Of a stretch of 64,000 nucleotides of DNA, positions 11,511 through 25,206 are shown piece by piece. This stretch comes from Catajapyx aquilonaris (lineage: Eukaryota). The position numbers were made by a program, and so were the translations under genes. Numbering within the stretch: position 1 is the first letter of the stretch; the number at the start of each line of letters is the position of its first letter. Location of the stretch: contig KZ538295.1 of the NCBI GenBank assembly GCA_000934665.2, positions 124,001 through 188,000 on the forward strand. The letters run 5' to 3'. The notes beneath the pieces were generated by a model that worked only from the letters and a program-made list of their open reading frames with translations, ran no database searches and was not told the origin of the DNA.

Positions 11511-12848
11511 TTTTGTGAAAAAAATTTGTGACTCAATAAATACATTTCTTGGTTAATATGACGCAACTATTTATTCATAACAAAAATTATTTCACGTACT
11601 GAGTCATTGAATCAGGTGAAGTACCAGTATTTCTTATTTCACTTGGAGAATCAGTCATGAACCAATGTGGACAGTATACTCCACCGGGTGTAATTCTTCC
11701 AGTATTTCAAGCAATAATGCATTACCATATTCATAACATCTGAATGTGTCTATTTATTTCTGTATTATTGTTGTTACGCACAATTTTTTTATACAAAATA
11801 TGCCGGGAATGGATACAGCGTTGAAAAAAAAGGGTAATTTGTACGAGTTGCACCCAAAGTTTCATTTGCAAAACCCGGGCCTTTCCGAGCCTACCCCCCC
11901 CCCCCTCTCCTCCACCATCCTCCACCCCCCTCTCCTGCTGCCAACCATAATGTCGCGTGTTAAGGGCCGAGCCCTCGGGATTAAGAGCCCGTTAATAAAA
12001 AAGCAACCACACGAAATCGACTCATTTCGCCCGCTATGTTTCATGTATATCAAGCAGTCACGGGGCCAGTTCTGGGAAGCTATGTGCAGCTGGATTTACG
12101 CCGACTCCAATAATAAGCGTTTGTTATGAATACAGATAAGGGGAGGGACCCAGCAGAGAAGAGGGGGGGTCCTTCGCCTGGTTTACATGAGATGCGCATG
12201 GCATCCAGAGAGTCGGCATGAATGCCTTTTAGCCATGGTCTGACTCTCTTTTTTTAGGGTGGAGGAGAGATGTCTTTTCGCAGTCAAATGCTGGGATTTA
12301 GCACGGTTTTGCTTTTTTTTGGGGGGGGGGGGGNNNNGGGGGGGGGGGGGAGGAAGGCATACCCCATTTTTTGGAGGTTCAAACCATTGCGTTTCATTTG
12401 GAAGGGTTGGAATGAGCAGCATGTTTGGAATGGGGTGTAGTGGCAATAGCTTTGCCGAAATCAAGAGCAATGAGGGTTTCGAAATTAACTCATCCAAACA
12501 CGCCGCCCACAAACGAATGTAATGATCCCTGGGTTGCCAAGAAGCAGCAAGAAGGATAGTAATTATGCTCCGGGTTATAATGTTTGTCATTCGGCTATTG
12601 ATTTCGGGTGAGTAATTCATGGAAAGGGGAAGATGGATATAGCAGTTTAATTGCGTTATAAATTATTTATACGTGATCATCCCATTTGGTTGGGGTACGT
12701 TTGTGACACACTGAAACGAGTACATAAATAAAAAACGGGGGGGACTTTGACATTGTAAGTGCTCCGATACATGTTACAAGGAGTAATACGAGGTTTTCAG
12801 AATGATTTGAATAAATAAAATGTACATTGCGTTTAGGAATAACTTATA

Positions 12849-13083
12849 TGTGAGGGGGTCTCAGATCAAAAGCAGCCAAATCCACTTGGAAAAACTGGCC
12901 ATAAAATTAGCAAAAATCGAGGATTACTTAACTTTCACTGGTACAATCTTGAAACCTTTTACGTCAACGTATTGCTTGAGTTCAGCTGAAATGCCCAATG
13001 ACATTATACATAATTGCTGCACGTATTTTTGTTAGACCCCGTTGGTGGACTACTTGTCTGTTTTTGATCTGGGACCCCTCACA
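12849..13083. mobile_element. MITE-like element with imperfect TIRs
   Basis: TGTGAGGGGGTCTCAGATCAAAAGCAG..TCCAC and GTGGA..CTGTTTTTGATCTGGGACCCCTCACA. Confidence 0.7.
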
Positions 13084-16000
13084 CTAGTTGAAAGGCCTTT
13101 CGATACTTATGGCTGATATTAGGAACCACCAATCTCATTCTGCTGCGACTGATCGTTCTCAAAGTCATGTTCTTAATGAGTTACAACTCTCAACTGTCCT
13201 ATGTAACATTCTGCCCATAAGTTACGTCCACTGAGACTTAACTCACCCCAAACATTTCATCGAATTGATCCAGATGCTGATTACAGGATATTCGCAAAGT
13301 ACACACCCCATCAGTGCGTGTGAGACGGACTGTCCATGTCCCCCTCGCTCTCCTCAATGAGGAAAAGACAAAGTCTACTTTGTCGGTCAGTCCATCCATC
13401 CATCCATCTATCCATCCAAGCATCCAACCTTGCAGCAAGGCACAGGAGCTACTCTAGGCCGGTACCAAGTCTGCGGACTAACGAGCGGAGACTCCCAAGG
13501 ACGCAGGGGCCGCTAACAAGCTCCTTCATTACTCCGTCCCCACCAGAGCAACTGAAGGAGTTTTTTGGAGTCAGGGAGAGAGGAGGAGGAGGAAAGGGGG
13601 GGGGGGGGTTCACCTAACAAAGCAGCAGAAAGGAGGATGGGGGTGTTCTGGGTCCGAGAGGAGGAAAACGTCTCCCTTCCAACCGCCCCATCTCCTTTGC
13701 AATGGTCAGGGAGAGTAAATCCATTGGCCAAAGTGACTCCTGCCAAGCCCACTAAAGGTTTTATGGTTACAGTGCATCGGGGAAACATTGGGTCGGCGAT
13801 TGCGATTGCTGCTGCTCCTTGTCGTCCCAATGCTGGCACATCTCTTCTCCCTTTTTTTCTCTCTCTCTTTCTCATCCCCCCCGACTAAAAACCACATCTT
13901 AGAAAGCTGCAGTACCGTTTCAAATGAGAAGAAAACCGCATATGCAAATAAGGCAAGTTAGCAAGGTTTAATGCTACGAATTGAAAACCGATCCAGATCG
14001 CTAACTCCGGAGGCGCGGCATTTACCCTTACACGTCGACAGGAGCAGGGGATGTTTCCTTTTCCTAACAACCCCGTAGGAAATCCTTTTCTCTCCCAAAC
14101 GAGCAAGGGTGGCCAAGAGATGCCCCTGACAACCAGGATTTCCGTTGAACAAGAGATGCACATAGGTTATCTAACTGCCAGGATGAAACATTTTGAACCT
14201 GCGCTGTAAGTAGTCAAATACGGTCGGAACCAATAGAGTACCGTATGTCATTGCATGTTATCAAAAGTGTTGGTTACAGGCATCACCTCAATGCTAAAGC
14301 AGCATTCCATAATTATGATGTGTGAAGAAAATGCAAACTGCAATAATTCGGTCTGATGCGATCACCACATCCCTCCATTCATCCTGGAATGACGCAACCC
14401 AACCCACACATAAAATAGACAATTTTTATAATCCTACAATCGTATCAAGTAAACTCTAGCCAAATTGCACAATTATCCTATTCAAACTCCATGTTTCAGA
14501 TTTGCAATCCACTTTTTTTTTCTAGTCCCCTGTACTTTTCTTTCTCCGACAAACATTTATTAGCCCGCGGCACACAATCCGGGCGCGTCTTTTTCCTCCT
14601 CTTCTCTCACCCCTGGCTCGAATCCGGGTCTCTCTCTCTCTCCCCCCGTATCCACACGACCTGCCCTCCAAAAACTCTTCCAACTCGTTTCTCATCCTTT
14701 CTCCCCCTCTCCTTCCCCCAACTTCCGTCCTTTCCCTCCCTCCCTCCCCGCTCATTTTAAACAGCGCATTCCCAACCGTTGGGTAATCGACGCGCGGTCC
14801 CGGGTTATTGGGGTTTATAGGGCCCCCTCCGTTATTATTTCCCGGTTATAATACTGCAGGATTACAAATAGAAAAGGAAATGAGAGACGGCATCCAGAAG
14901 ATAGAAGTTCCACTTGAATGGCATGACAGAATGCTTGTATATGGAGGAATGTCATTTCTGGGTATAACCTACGAAATTAAAGATGGAACCGATAAGAGGT
15001 CTGTTTCGGGGCCGGAAAATTGCCCTGGCCCTGCCAGCAGAAGCAGACGACGTCGACGAGCGCCCCGCGTCGTCGACGGAGGAAAAGGGAAGGTCATTCC
15101 TGGTGTTGCGCACTCACAAAATGGAAAAGTCATTTTCAGACAAAGTCTCAAGACCACACGTATATAGCTCTGCCCAAAATGGCTGCCAATTTGCCTAATT
15201 ACCTGGAGTGTAAAATTGTAATAAATTCATTTCATACATCTATGATATTCGTGGCTTCCTCTGATTGGTATGTCGCATATTGTTATACTTCGAAGCTTCC
15301 GATTGGCCACTACAACAATACGAGTAAACAGTACCATTTCTCTACTGTTTACTCATATGTTGTAGATGTCATTTCCATGGAACTAGAAAAGTTCCAGAAG
15401 TGACCGTCCCACCGCAGGGCTCAGTCCTAGAAATAAGCGAGTGAAGCGAAGTGTAAATTAAATTGGAGGAGAATTACTAGCACCAGCAGACAGAAAATTG
15501 AGCAATTGCAACTACTGAAAGGCCTCGACCTTCGTCCTATCATAGCCACCAATATGTATATAACAGTTTACCCCCACTATTCTTGTCCTGTCAGTCGCGT
15601 TGTAGGACAACCCTCGGATCCTCATTAAATATTTACGCCCACGTAATGGACCCTTGGCTATAGCCCGTTTTCTGAGACTGCACTGGGGGCCATTGCGACC
15701 TGACACATTGTGTCAGTGTCTCGTAAAGAATAAATCTGCGACTTTGTTGACTCTGAAAACTGTCCTCCCTCAAAAAAAAAAGGAGGAGACAGACATCACC
15801 CGGGCCCAGTACTTTATTGTTGGAAATGGAGGGGTTTGAAACAGAGTAAGGATATAATGCAGTTGGCAAGTTGAAGTCACATCCGTTCGATTTATAGCGG
15901 CAGTAGAGTCTGGAACAAATGACCATTGGAAGTTTGAAGAGTGCAATTAGATTAGCGCCAGCTCTCAGGGTTTTATTTCCCATCGTTAGCTGCTCAGGTC

Positions 16001-16556
16001 ACCCTGTGAGTCTCAGGGAAAAGACACGCTGCTCCTTTTTTGTTTCCTGAAGGATAAAATTTCACCTTGATAATTGGCTGTAGGTTGATTGGAGCTGCAA
16101 CCAGGAGTCTGTTGCTGCCCCAGCCTGTCCTCGACTCTACTCCTTTCTTTAATGGCACTCGGACTGCATTGGGCTTCTTGGACTCGGGCCGCGGCAGTAA
16201 TGGGGCTTTTATGGCTCCAGCGAAAGCCTATGGCGATAGGGGTGCTTAAGCGGCGAAACAGGGACTTAATCCGCCACCAAAGCACACTGAAGGCCCATTA
16301 GATTATTTTCCACCATTAGACCGTCCGCATTGGCATTCAGGAGCCAAGGGACTGGGGGGCGGGGGGCGGCGGAAGCCCCCCATCGGACCAGTGTTGCCAG
16401 TCTGGGTGGACCAACTTTTATGTTGTTGATTTTATAGACTTGTGCTAGTGGTGGATTGGGGCACCTTGTGATGCTGGAGGGATTCAGGTGGTGGAGCTAA
16501 CCAAAAGATTCCTTCAGTTCATACTGATCCTGTAGGTATGATATTATTGTAGGACT

Positions 16557-16739
16557 GTAGGTCATTATCAAAACCAGGCGAAGTAATTTCACGACCTAGG
16601 TGACCTTGGTTCCAATTGGGTAAGGTCACCTAGGGCGATCCTCCTTATATTGGAATACTTAGCGTTGGGTTGATGCCTCCAATCAGAAATTAACACACTT
16701 TTAACAAGATGAGATAACCTGGTTTTGATAATGACCTAC
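16557..16739. mobile_element. MITE with 22-bp perfect TIR (related copy ~25211-25401)
   Basis: GTAGGTCATTATCAAAACCAGG ... CCTGGTTTTGATAATGACCTAC. Confidence 0.85.
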
Positions 16740-17945
16740 TCATTTTTAATGTATGTTCAGTAGTTTGTAGTTCTAATGTCTGATGCTGTGAAATCCGCCC
16801 AATGGTGTTAGTCTCTCAGCCACAACACTTCTTTAAGGGGCTGTTTCCCCTCCATTGTTAAGTGGCACTCCTTGGGCGCTAGGGCAGTTAGTTGACCCCA
16901 CTCTTGTACAAAGTTGACGAGTGCCGGCTGCCTGGTAGTTGACATTCAAGCGACGCCGTCATATGCGGTGGAAATGGAAATTTTGTTCTTGCTCCAGCTC
17001 GATTGCACGGAGAGGGAAGGAGGCGGAACTTTGCAGCTAGAGAGAGACTTGGCCTCAAAACTACCCCAGCTCGACATACATTTGCATGAAAGAAGCAATC
17101 TGTCCCCCAGCTCCTCCTTTTCCTTCGCCGAGCTTTGCTAACTTGCTAGAATCGTCCACTAACTGCGGACTAATCCGGGCAGGTGCACGTGGAAAATCCG
17201 GTTGTTGCAACTGAAGGAGGGGGGGTAGATTTTAGTAGGGAGGAAACCCCATTCCCTTCTCTTGCAAAGCGGGGCAATAAAATGGGGGGTGCCTGCAATT
17301 AAGCAATCAGAATGGGCGGAAAGTTAGGCAAGTGAGGGGATTAAAAGGATGCTCAGTAGCTCCACGCCACGAATGAGTAACCGCATCGTAAAAGGAAGTT
17401 TTCCCCGACTCTTTAGTAAGACAACTCCAAAAGAGACTTTATTATTTCCAGAAGTTGGGTTGGCTGGAAAAGGGGGGGCATTTGCAAGGATAAAATATTA
17501 TTGGTGAGGGAGCCTCCCTCCAAAACACACCCTCCCTCCCTTTCCCTCCTCTCCTATTCTATACATAGAGACGTGCAAGACGCGTCTACTTAGTTGACGG
17601 AAGCGCATCGAGAATGGAGGTGACGTGAGTCGACGCCTGGGAGCCCCAAACCGGAGATTGGGCGAGAGAGTTCTGACTGCCGACGAGAGACGTAGCCCTT
17701 TGCCGCCCGATGCCTTTTCTCTTTTCTGCTTTTCTGACACTTGCTGGCTTGGTACACACGATGCGCCGGGGCTCAGCGGACCCCGAATTGTCATGTCCAA
17801 ATTAGGTTTTGCTCAGGTTCACCAGGCAGAGCTTGGCGATCAAAGTTCGATTCTGTTATCGCTTGAAGCTATGGTGCTGACTAATAAGGTGTTACAGAAA
17901 CAAGAAAGATGCCACCTCGTCTACTCCTTGCAGAAATGTACATAT

Positions 17946-18231
17946 GCCAGGTGGCAATTTTTCCAGCGTGGGTATGACATGTCGGGTTCCATGGAACTAG
18001 AGTTGCCAGACGCAAAGGAATTTGAGTCTGACAACTCTACTTTATAATTACCGGACTGATTATTTTGGCATTTTGTCTGCAAGCACTACAGTTCTCATCG
18101 GAGAAATGCACAGGTGCCAGGTGAGATATTTTTTTCAACGTGGCTATGGCGTATGTCGGGTTCCATTTGCGTCTGGCAACTCTAATTCCTGGACTGGTTC
18201 TGTTGGCATCTTGTCTCCAAGCGCTACAGTT
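17946..18231. repeat. Degenerate tandem duplication containing a TAGAGTTGCCAGAC hairpin
   Basis: gccaggtg..tttt..cgtgg..atgtcgggttccat..caactcta..ggactg..ttggcat..gtct.caagc.ctacagtt occurs twice (from ~17946 and ~18116). Confidence 0.65.
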
Positions 18232-21113
18232 ATCGTGACTTGCCCGGGTCAAGGTTCATCATTTGTGGGAGGTGAGATGTCTTTAGGGTGGGTGGGTGGG
18301 GAGTGTTAGACGGGCCTGTTAATCGTGCTCATTATTTGTAGGCCGCTCCCGGCAGATGGGGTGGCGAGCGCCTCATTTCCCTGGCTTTGTGCTGCGTCGT
18401 CTGTGGCCATTGTAGCGGCGAATAGCACGGGGCCCGGGCCGGCGGGTTGTTATTTCAGTATTAATCTGATCAGATTGGGGGGGCCCTCCCTTCTCGTTTC
18501 ATTTCGGACCACAAAAGGGCCTGTGTGCAAATCTGCTGTCACCTCGATTCAATTATGATTTTATCGGCCAAAATAGATGACAGTTATTTCCGACTCCATG
18601 AAAGCCGGGGCTGGGGGAGAAAGTTGGCGAGGAGCGGGACGGGCAGGCAATTTCGGACTTTGTGGCGGCTGCGATGCCAGTTTATTTCGCCCTTCGATAG
18701 CGCTAATATTTAATTGATTCCCTCTCCCACCAAAAAAAAAAAAATCAGTTTTTTTAAAGATGTGAGAGAGGGAGAGGGGAGAAAAATGGAAAAAGGGAAG
18801 GTGTGGGGGTGAAGGGGGGAAAAAAAGTTGGCGTGTCAGATCGCTATTCCCAATCCAGAAGAAGTGACGGGGTAAAAATGATGGGAAATGAGTTTTCCCC
18901 CAAGGTTGGAAACACGTCCACAACCTCAAGGAAAGAACAAAAATGGGCATCCCTTGAAAATTTGGTGCGAAAAAGGTAAAAAGTGTATTCCCATCAGATG
19001 GACGAACTTTTGGAGAATTCCGTCTATATACGAGTAGATTCACCAACTATGACTTTCCCGGATTAATGTGTGTCGTACTATTTAGTTTAGTCAGATTATA
19101 TTACGATATATCTAGATTTTCATAAGTTGATTCCCACTTAGCCCTTGATATTAACCCTATATGCACACCGCAGCTTTAAAAAGAGGGTGAGGGACACGAC
19201 GATCGATAATATTTTTATATAATGAAGATTACAGCCGCAAGAGCGACTTCACCCCCGTCTTGGTTAAAACTACTTAACGCGGAAACTCAATTTCGGAACG
19301 CGTAACCTCTTAAAATGTTGGTAATTTTCTCGCTCGTTTGCAGTAATGAAGGGCTGAAAGAGATGGGAACGGACATGATTACAGGCTGTCTTTTCCTGCG
19401 GTACACAATTGAGAAGCAATGTTCTCTTTCCCGAAGAATCCTTGTGCTTCAACCCACCCTCTTCCATTCCCTGCAATCTAAACGGTCGTTAAAAAATCAT
19501 CACATTACCGAGTTTCCTTATCGAAAATATTCAGCGTCTGCTCTGATCCACTTTAATTCTGCCATAGCGGGTTTCTGATCACATTATAGCATCCACTTAT
19601 GAGTTTATGATAGCCCGGGTGGCTTCAAATAAATAGTCCACCCCCACCTACCAACTGCTGTAATAAAGTCCGGCTCCGATAATACACTTTTTTTTCGGCG
19701 ACTATATGTGGCTATCATTAGAAGTTGGCAATTTTTTTTTTTTGGCAGTCGGTAATGAATCCATCTAACAGTCCATGCGTTGGCCCCGGGAATCATTTAA
19801 TAACGAATCTGTGTGAAGGCATTCGGGTTCGAAATGGTCAGGTCTTTTTCGTAATTTTCCAGCCCGCGCGTTTGTATCCGGCTCTTCCAATCAGATTAAT
19901 TTCTGAGTTTCATTTGGGCTTTGCACAAAATCGGTTGGTAGTCTTTGTGACTGCAAAACTGTGACAATGTGCGGATAATCGAATAGGGGGGAGAGAGAGT
20001 GTGTGTGAGAGAGAGAGCTCTCTCTTCATGGGTGTCTGGATTCCCGGGTCCGAAAAACTGCTTATCTATCGGTCCAAAAAACAGGGTATCGCTTTCGCCT
20101 TAATTAAGCAGATTTTTGCCATCCCTGCGCAAACGGCATCGAAATCAGATAATCGATTCAGTCAATTGAGTGTGCAAGTCGCAGGACACTGTGTCGCACC
20201 TTTTTGGACAGGACGATGTTCCCGGGACAGGAAAATGTTCGCAGCTCGCTGGGTTGAGAGGGGGGGGGGNATCCGGACGGTTTAAAGCCCGTAGTATCCG
20301 TCACTGCACAACGGCGGGCATTTAAATGTGTTCGGGAGTTTGGGAGGGGGCGGCCCCTGGTGCGAATGCGGTTCCTAATCCCTAGGTCTGGGCGTCAGAT
20401 TAAGTGCGGGACATGACAGACTTTTTCTAGCCAGTTAGCTGCGGAAGCGTGTCCAAGTCCGATCCACTATGACCTTGTGGTCTTTTATTTTTACTGCCCA
20501 TTCGAACAACACTCGGCCACCACTTTTTTAGGCTTACTTCCAACCCCCCCCCCCCTCTCTAAGTGGCTTAACTCGCACAATAATATTATTTTGCAAAGCT
20601 TTACTGTCAACCGGGTGCTTCCTGCGGTCTCTATCTGCGTGCTGGGAATGGGAGGCGAGTACCGGCTGGGTTGTTACAGGACTTTATGGGCCACTTGTCT
20701 CCGCACAGCACATGTTATGGAAGGGGAGACCTCGGTACTAGGTCAGAGTCCTTCAAGGGAAATGCTACCAGTCAGGATTAATCTGAACGGAGACATTGTG
20801 GTGAATGTCTTTTGTCTTCGATTCACAGAAAATTAGATGCGCGAAGTTGGACACATTGGGAAGAAATCCTAGTTTCCTTCTTAGGTTCTGAATGGGGTTC
20901 TCAAGAGAAGCGATTAGAAGCTTCTTCCCCCGGAAAGCGCGAAAAGCACCTGGGGTAATTAATAATCTTGCGAAATGGATTTCAGGAGAAGGCTGCTGGA
21001 GAGGAAAAAAAATTGCGAAACTCTCTTGACGGGATTAATTTTTGATGCCAAAACCCTAGAGCGCAGGAAAAACCGGTCATAATCTCTCATAGTTCTATAG
21101 CTGTTCTGCACGA

Positions 21114-21184
21114 TACAGGGTGTGTCATCAACATACAATGATCATCTGACAAGTTTATCCTGAATTATTATGTGACACCCTGTA
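21114..21184. mobile_element. Tiny TA-CAGGGTG MITE
   Basis: TACAGGGTGT ... ACACCCTGTA ends. Confidence 0.55.
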
Positions 21185-21629
21185 CATAGAGCAGAAGGAG
21201 AAAACGGGCAAACTTGATTTCGCCGAAACTTGAGAAGTTGCAGCTTTGCCTATTCCATTCTGACACGACTGGATGCGTTTCAGTGCGTTCCCGTACAGAG
21301 ATGGTGGCCTAAGTAGTTTCAAAGTCCTATAATTTATTGTTGGTTGGGGGTGCTAGAGAAGTTGGCTCTTCTTCTTCTTCCCTTCGCTCCGGGATTGCAT
21401 TGCGATACAAAACCAGGGGCAGCAAAATTCTCCGAACGGATGCCAAAGTAAGGGGCGGAAACACCCCTCTCGACTCTTTGTCGCTCGTCCATGAAATAAG
21501 TTCCCACTGTCTCGATTCTTTTCACCGCTTTGGAAATCCGCTTGGGATCACGGCCATTCCAGAATTTTTTCGTGTTTTTATACCCGATTTTTATTGCCCG
21601 TTCAGCAACGTGGGTCAAACATATGGGCC

Positions 21630-22292
21630 TAAAGAAGCTGCTTTGATCACCACTATTTCTAATCCGCTAGTCGAAAATCACTGGTCAAAAGAAGCTGCTG
21701 TTGATCACTGCTATTTCTGAACAACGAGGAAAAAATCGTGGGTAAAAAATCTGCTATTGATCATTGCTATTTCTAAACTACAAAATCACGGGTCAGAAGA
21801 AGCTGCTGCTTATCACTGCTATTTCTCAACCGTGAGTCGAAATTCGTGGGTCAAAAGAAGCGACTATTGATCACTGCTATTTAATAATGGATACCCCGTG
21901 GTATAGGTCTCCTTGGGCCTTTTAGGGGATCTTATTTTCATTCACCGACTTCATTCATTTGTATGTCTTGTGATGGATTTTGATAGCGGGAGGAAACGGG
22001 AGAACCCCGAGAAAACCCACGCGAACATGGAGAGAACCCATCAAAATTATATCCACAGAAGTATCCTGTCCGATCCGAGGATCGAACTCGGGACCTTAGA
22101 GGTGGAAGGCTGTGGCCCTAACCCGAACCCTAACCACTACGCCACAGTATCGTCGATCACTGCTATTTCTGAACAACGAGTAAAAAATAATGGGTCAAAA
22201 AAGCGGCCATTGATCACTGCTCCATATAAACTGCTTGTAAAAATCGCGGGTTAAAAGAAGCTGCTGTTTATCACTGCTATTTTAACTGCTAT
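21630..22292. repeat. Degenerate ~50-58-bp tandem array (about 7 units) interrupted by a SINE
   Basis: Recurrent unit aagaagctgct.ttgatcactgctatttct...aaaatc..gggtcaa. Related inverted motifs at ~5230-5335. Confidence 0.85.
21883..22154 (-). mobile_element. Full-length tRNA-derived SINE with V-domain-like core and 14-bp TSD
   Basis: On the - strand: A box TGGCGTAGTGG, B box GAGTTCGATCC, core GTTCTCTCCATGTTCGCGTGGGTTTTCTCGGGGTTCTCCCGTTTCCTCCC. Flanked by GATCACTGCTATTT at 21869-21882 and 22155-22168. Confidence 0.85.
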
Positions 22293-25142
22293 TCGAAAAT
22301 CGCCGTTTTGAATGCCCAACCGCCCAGCAACAGCAACGTAACGCGTCTCATTAGTGGACCAGGCCCTGTGACCACACCGCCTTTACCTTCCCAAGAGGTC
22401 TTCTCTCCTTTGAAGTCGGGCGCTAATGTGATACAACTTCTAGAGTGGAGGTCACCGCCGCGTCGGGGCCATAAGGACCTCCACAAACTCTTCCCGTATA
22501 ATCCCGGAACCTCTGGCGCCCCTCTCTCTCTCTTTTTTTTGAGAGAGAGAGGGTTGGTGGAAAAGCAAAAGGGGGGTGGTACCATCCCAACTCCCAGTCC
22601 AAGACGGGAAAGTTTGCAAGAGCAATTACAAAGAGTTTCCGAAGGGAGGAAAACAATGCAAGGACCCTAATTCCTCTCATAATTATCCCCGATTACGACT
22701 CTATCAAAGTTGGTCCGACTCGGCGACGAAATAATCCCTTCCAGCAAGTACAAATGGAAATCTCTGCTAATGTTTCCCTAACTGGTCGTTTCCATGCTTA
22801 TCTAGCCCTTCGCTGTGATTGCTTCATTTTGGGCAATTGCCTGTTTAGAGCGGAGGCGGCAGGAGGAGAGTGGGAGGGGGGGAGGAGGTAAAGGGGGAGG
22901 GAGGGTTTTTGGGGTGGGGAGGTGGAAGGGAGAGTCTCAGGTAGAGAAGAGGCTTTCGAGGAGTAACACTTTGGCCTTCCGCCTGCTGCTTTATGGCATG
23001 AGAGCCGCGCCAGAGGAACCGGAGGACAAAGGAGAAACTTTGTCAAGCCCCAGTGTTTGCCGCGTCTTATTCCGGGGCCATAAAGCGCATTAATTTAAAG
23101 GGCGCGCCGACGCTCTCAAGTGGCTGCCCCAATGGACGGGGAAAGAGAAAGTGTTGATTTCCCACCGGACATTAATAGTTCCATGCTTAATTGGATACCC
23201 TTCCTTGAAGGGTATGCAATCTGGCTTGACGCGCTGGCTTGACACGCCCCTTACGTTTCTTTGCCTAAGAGGGGCACAAAAACCAGGCTTTTGTGTCCCA
23301 GATTCCGGGGGTGCAGTTTGGATAGTTGGTGATTGAATCGGATTATACGGAAACTTACATATAAAAGTAAGGCTAGATTCGCAGCTGAGAACAGAAAGAA
23401 TCTGCACTTAAAATTTTAAATGCATAAAAAATTCTCTTATTGCGTGAATATTGGGACATGCAAGTATTATACAGGTAAATGAATAAATATATTTCAGTGG
23501 GTGAATATTTTTATTCACACTCCTGTATGCATGAAAAACGGATGAAATTGCATAAATATGCAATCAGGTGAAAATATTTATTAATTTTCCTGCATATGTA
23601 TCCACTTATGCACTTATCGAAAATTTTAATGCATTTAGAAATTTCAGTGCTAATGGCGCATATATCACATTATCTTTCGTAATCATTGATGAATCATTTT
23701 ATTTATTTGCTTGTTATAATTTTATTACCATTTTGTTTGTGTTTATTAGTTTATTGCTACAGTATTATTTTGATATAGTGTATTTACATATTATTCGATG
23801 CTACGTTCTGTTTGTTGTGTGTAGTTTACACAGCCTGGCTTGATGAGAGAAACATATCATGCAAAAAGGTTAACTCTTCAAGACGACTGAAACAATCGAG
23901 AAATCCAAACCCCCTGCAATGCTAAGACGCTCGTAGCGCCACAATGTCGCCAAAAAATTACAACAGAGTCCAATTACAACAAATTGGTAATTAAAAGCAC
24001 ACCATCGTTTAATGAATTATAAAACCCCCTAGTAATAAACCCGGATGCGCGCACATCAAGCAGGACGTGTCCTGAATTTCGGAAAACGCAATGAAATAAT
24101 AGCAACAGCCCCTGCGATTGGTCCGGTAGGCGCCTATCGCATTGTTACGGGTCGCTGGAGCANCTGTTTTGCAAATTTTTTTTAAAGCTAAAAACACCCC
24201 ACCGACCAATCATGTGAAGTCACGGGCTCCGCATGAATATCAGTGACACAGCGGCTCTCTGTGTGTGCCCTCTACCGTTCACTCTATTTCATTATAATAA
24301 TAAACAAAAAGCGCGTTTGAATGTCGGGTTGCCTAATTCCCCGGCGGGACACCCCCTCCCCACTTCCATCCCCCGCCTCTCCCCAACTGAATTAATTTTC
24401 CAATGGACACAGCGGCCAAATATCGGTCCTATTGAATTTGGAAGCGTGAAGACTGTAATCTGTTGGCCCCTGTGTTTTCAGCAAACTCGGCCTTTCATGT
24501 GTTTGATAGATTTTTGTCATTCACAGGGTGTCTCATTAATAAATTCTCGCGGAGTCATCCAAGCGCAAAGTTCCATTGTGCGAGCACAGATTGAATATTG
24601 GCCCTGTTTTTTTTCCTGGGCGTTGTGAAAACCCTCTTCATGATACAGGGTGATGTACTGAGTACTGGTAGAAAGTTTAGCAGTGTTAGCCCCCCAAAAA
24701 ATTAAAAATATGTCAATGCATGACTTGGCTTGACACAATTTAATCCGGGACGGCACATGCATGACCTTTTTACACGTGTAAGGTCTGACCTTCAGGATAA
24801 ATGCTTTACTCCACTCTTATTAGTGTCCGAAGAGTGAGTGTAAAGATTCAAAGGAAAATCTGTCACGGTAGTGCGCATAATGTATAGGCCCGGTACTTTT
24901 AAGGGACTAATTAAATCAAGGGGGTGATATAACCTAACTTTAACCTGATTCCACCCTCCAGCATCCAGCTCCCATCCGACAAAAGCTTCTAACGTTTTAT
25001 GCCATTAGGTTAATAACAGGGGTGATCAAAAGAAAGACATTTAGTTACAAGTGCAATGATGTAACTCTGATTCAGTTAGCCCTGGACATTTTTAGCTTAA
25101 TGTTGACACGTGTTGACCTTCACCTTGTTAGATCCAGACTAC

Positions 25143-25206
25143 TATAGGCAGACCACTATAACTTGCCATTGACGTCAATGGCAGGTTATAGGGTGGTCTG
25201 CCTATA
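25143..25206. repeat. 64-bp loopless palindrome centred on CCATTGACGTCAATGG
   Basis: TATAGGCAGACCAC-TATAACTTGCCATTGAC|GTCAATGGCAGGTTATAG-GGTGGTCTGCCTATA; TA ends. Confidence 0.85.

Noticed and set aside
22070..22154. tRNA gene
   Set aside because: The A and B boxes belong to the SINE head. I see no cloverleaf, and it continues into a SINE body bounded by a TSD.
21630..22292. CRISPR-like look (recurring GATCACTGCTATTT motif with variable intervening sequence)
   Set aside because: The intervening sequences are homologous to each other, the repeats are degenerate, there are no cas genes, and the context is a spliced eukaryotic locus. It is a tandem repeat.
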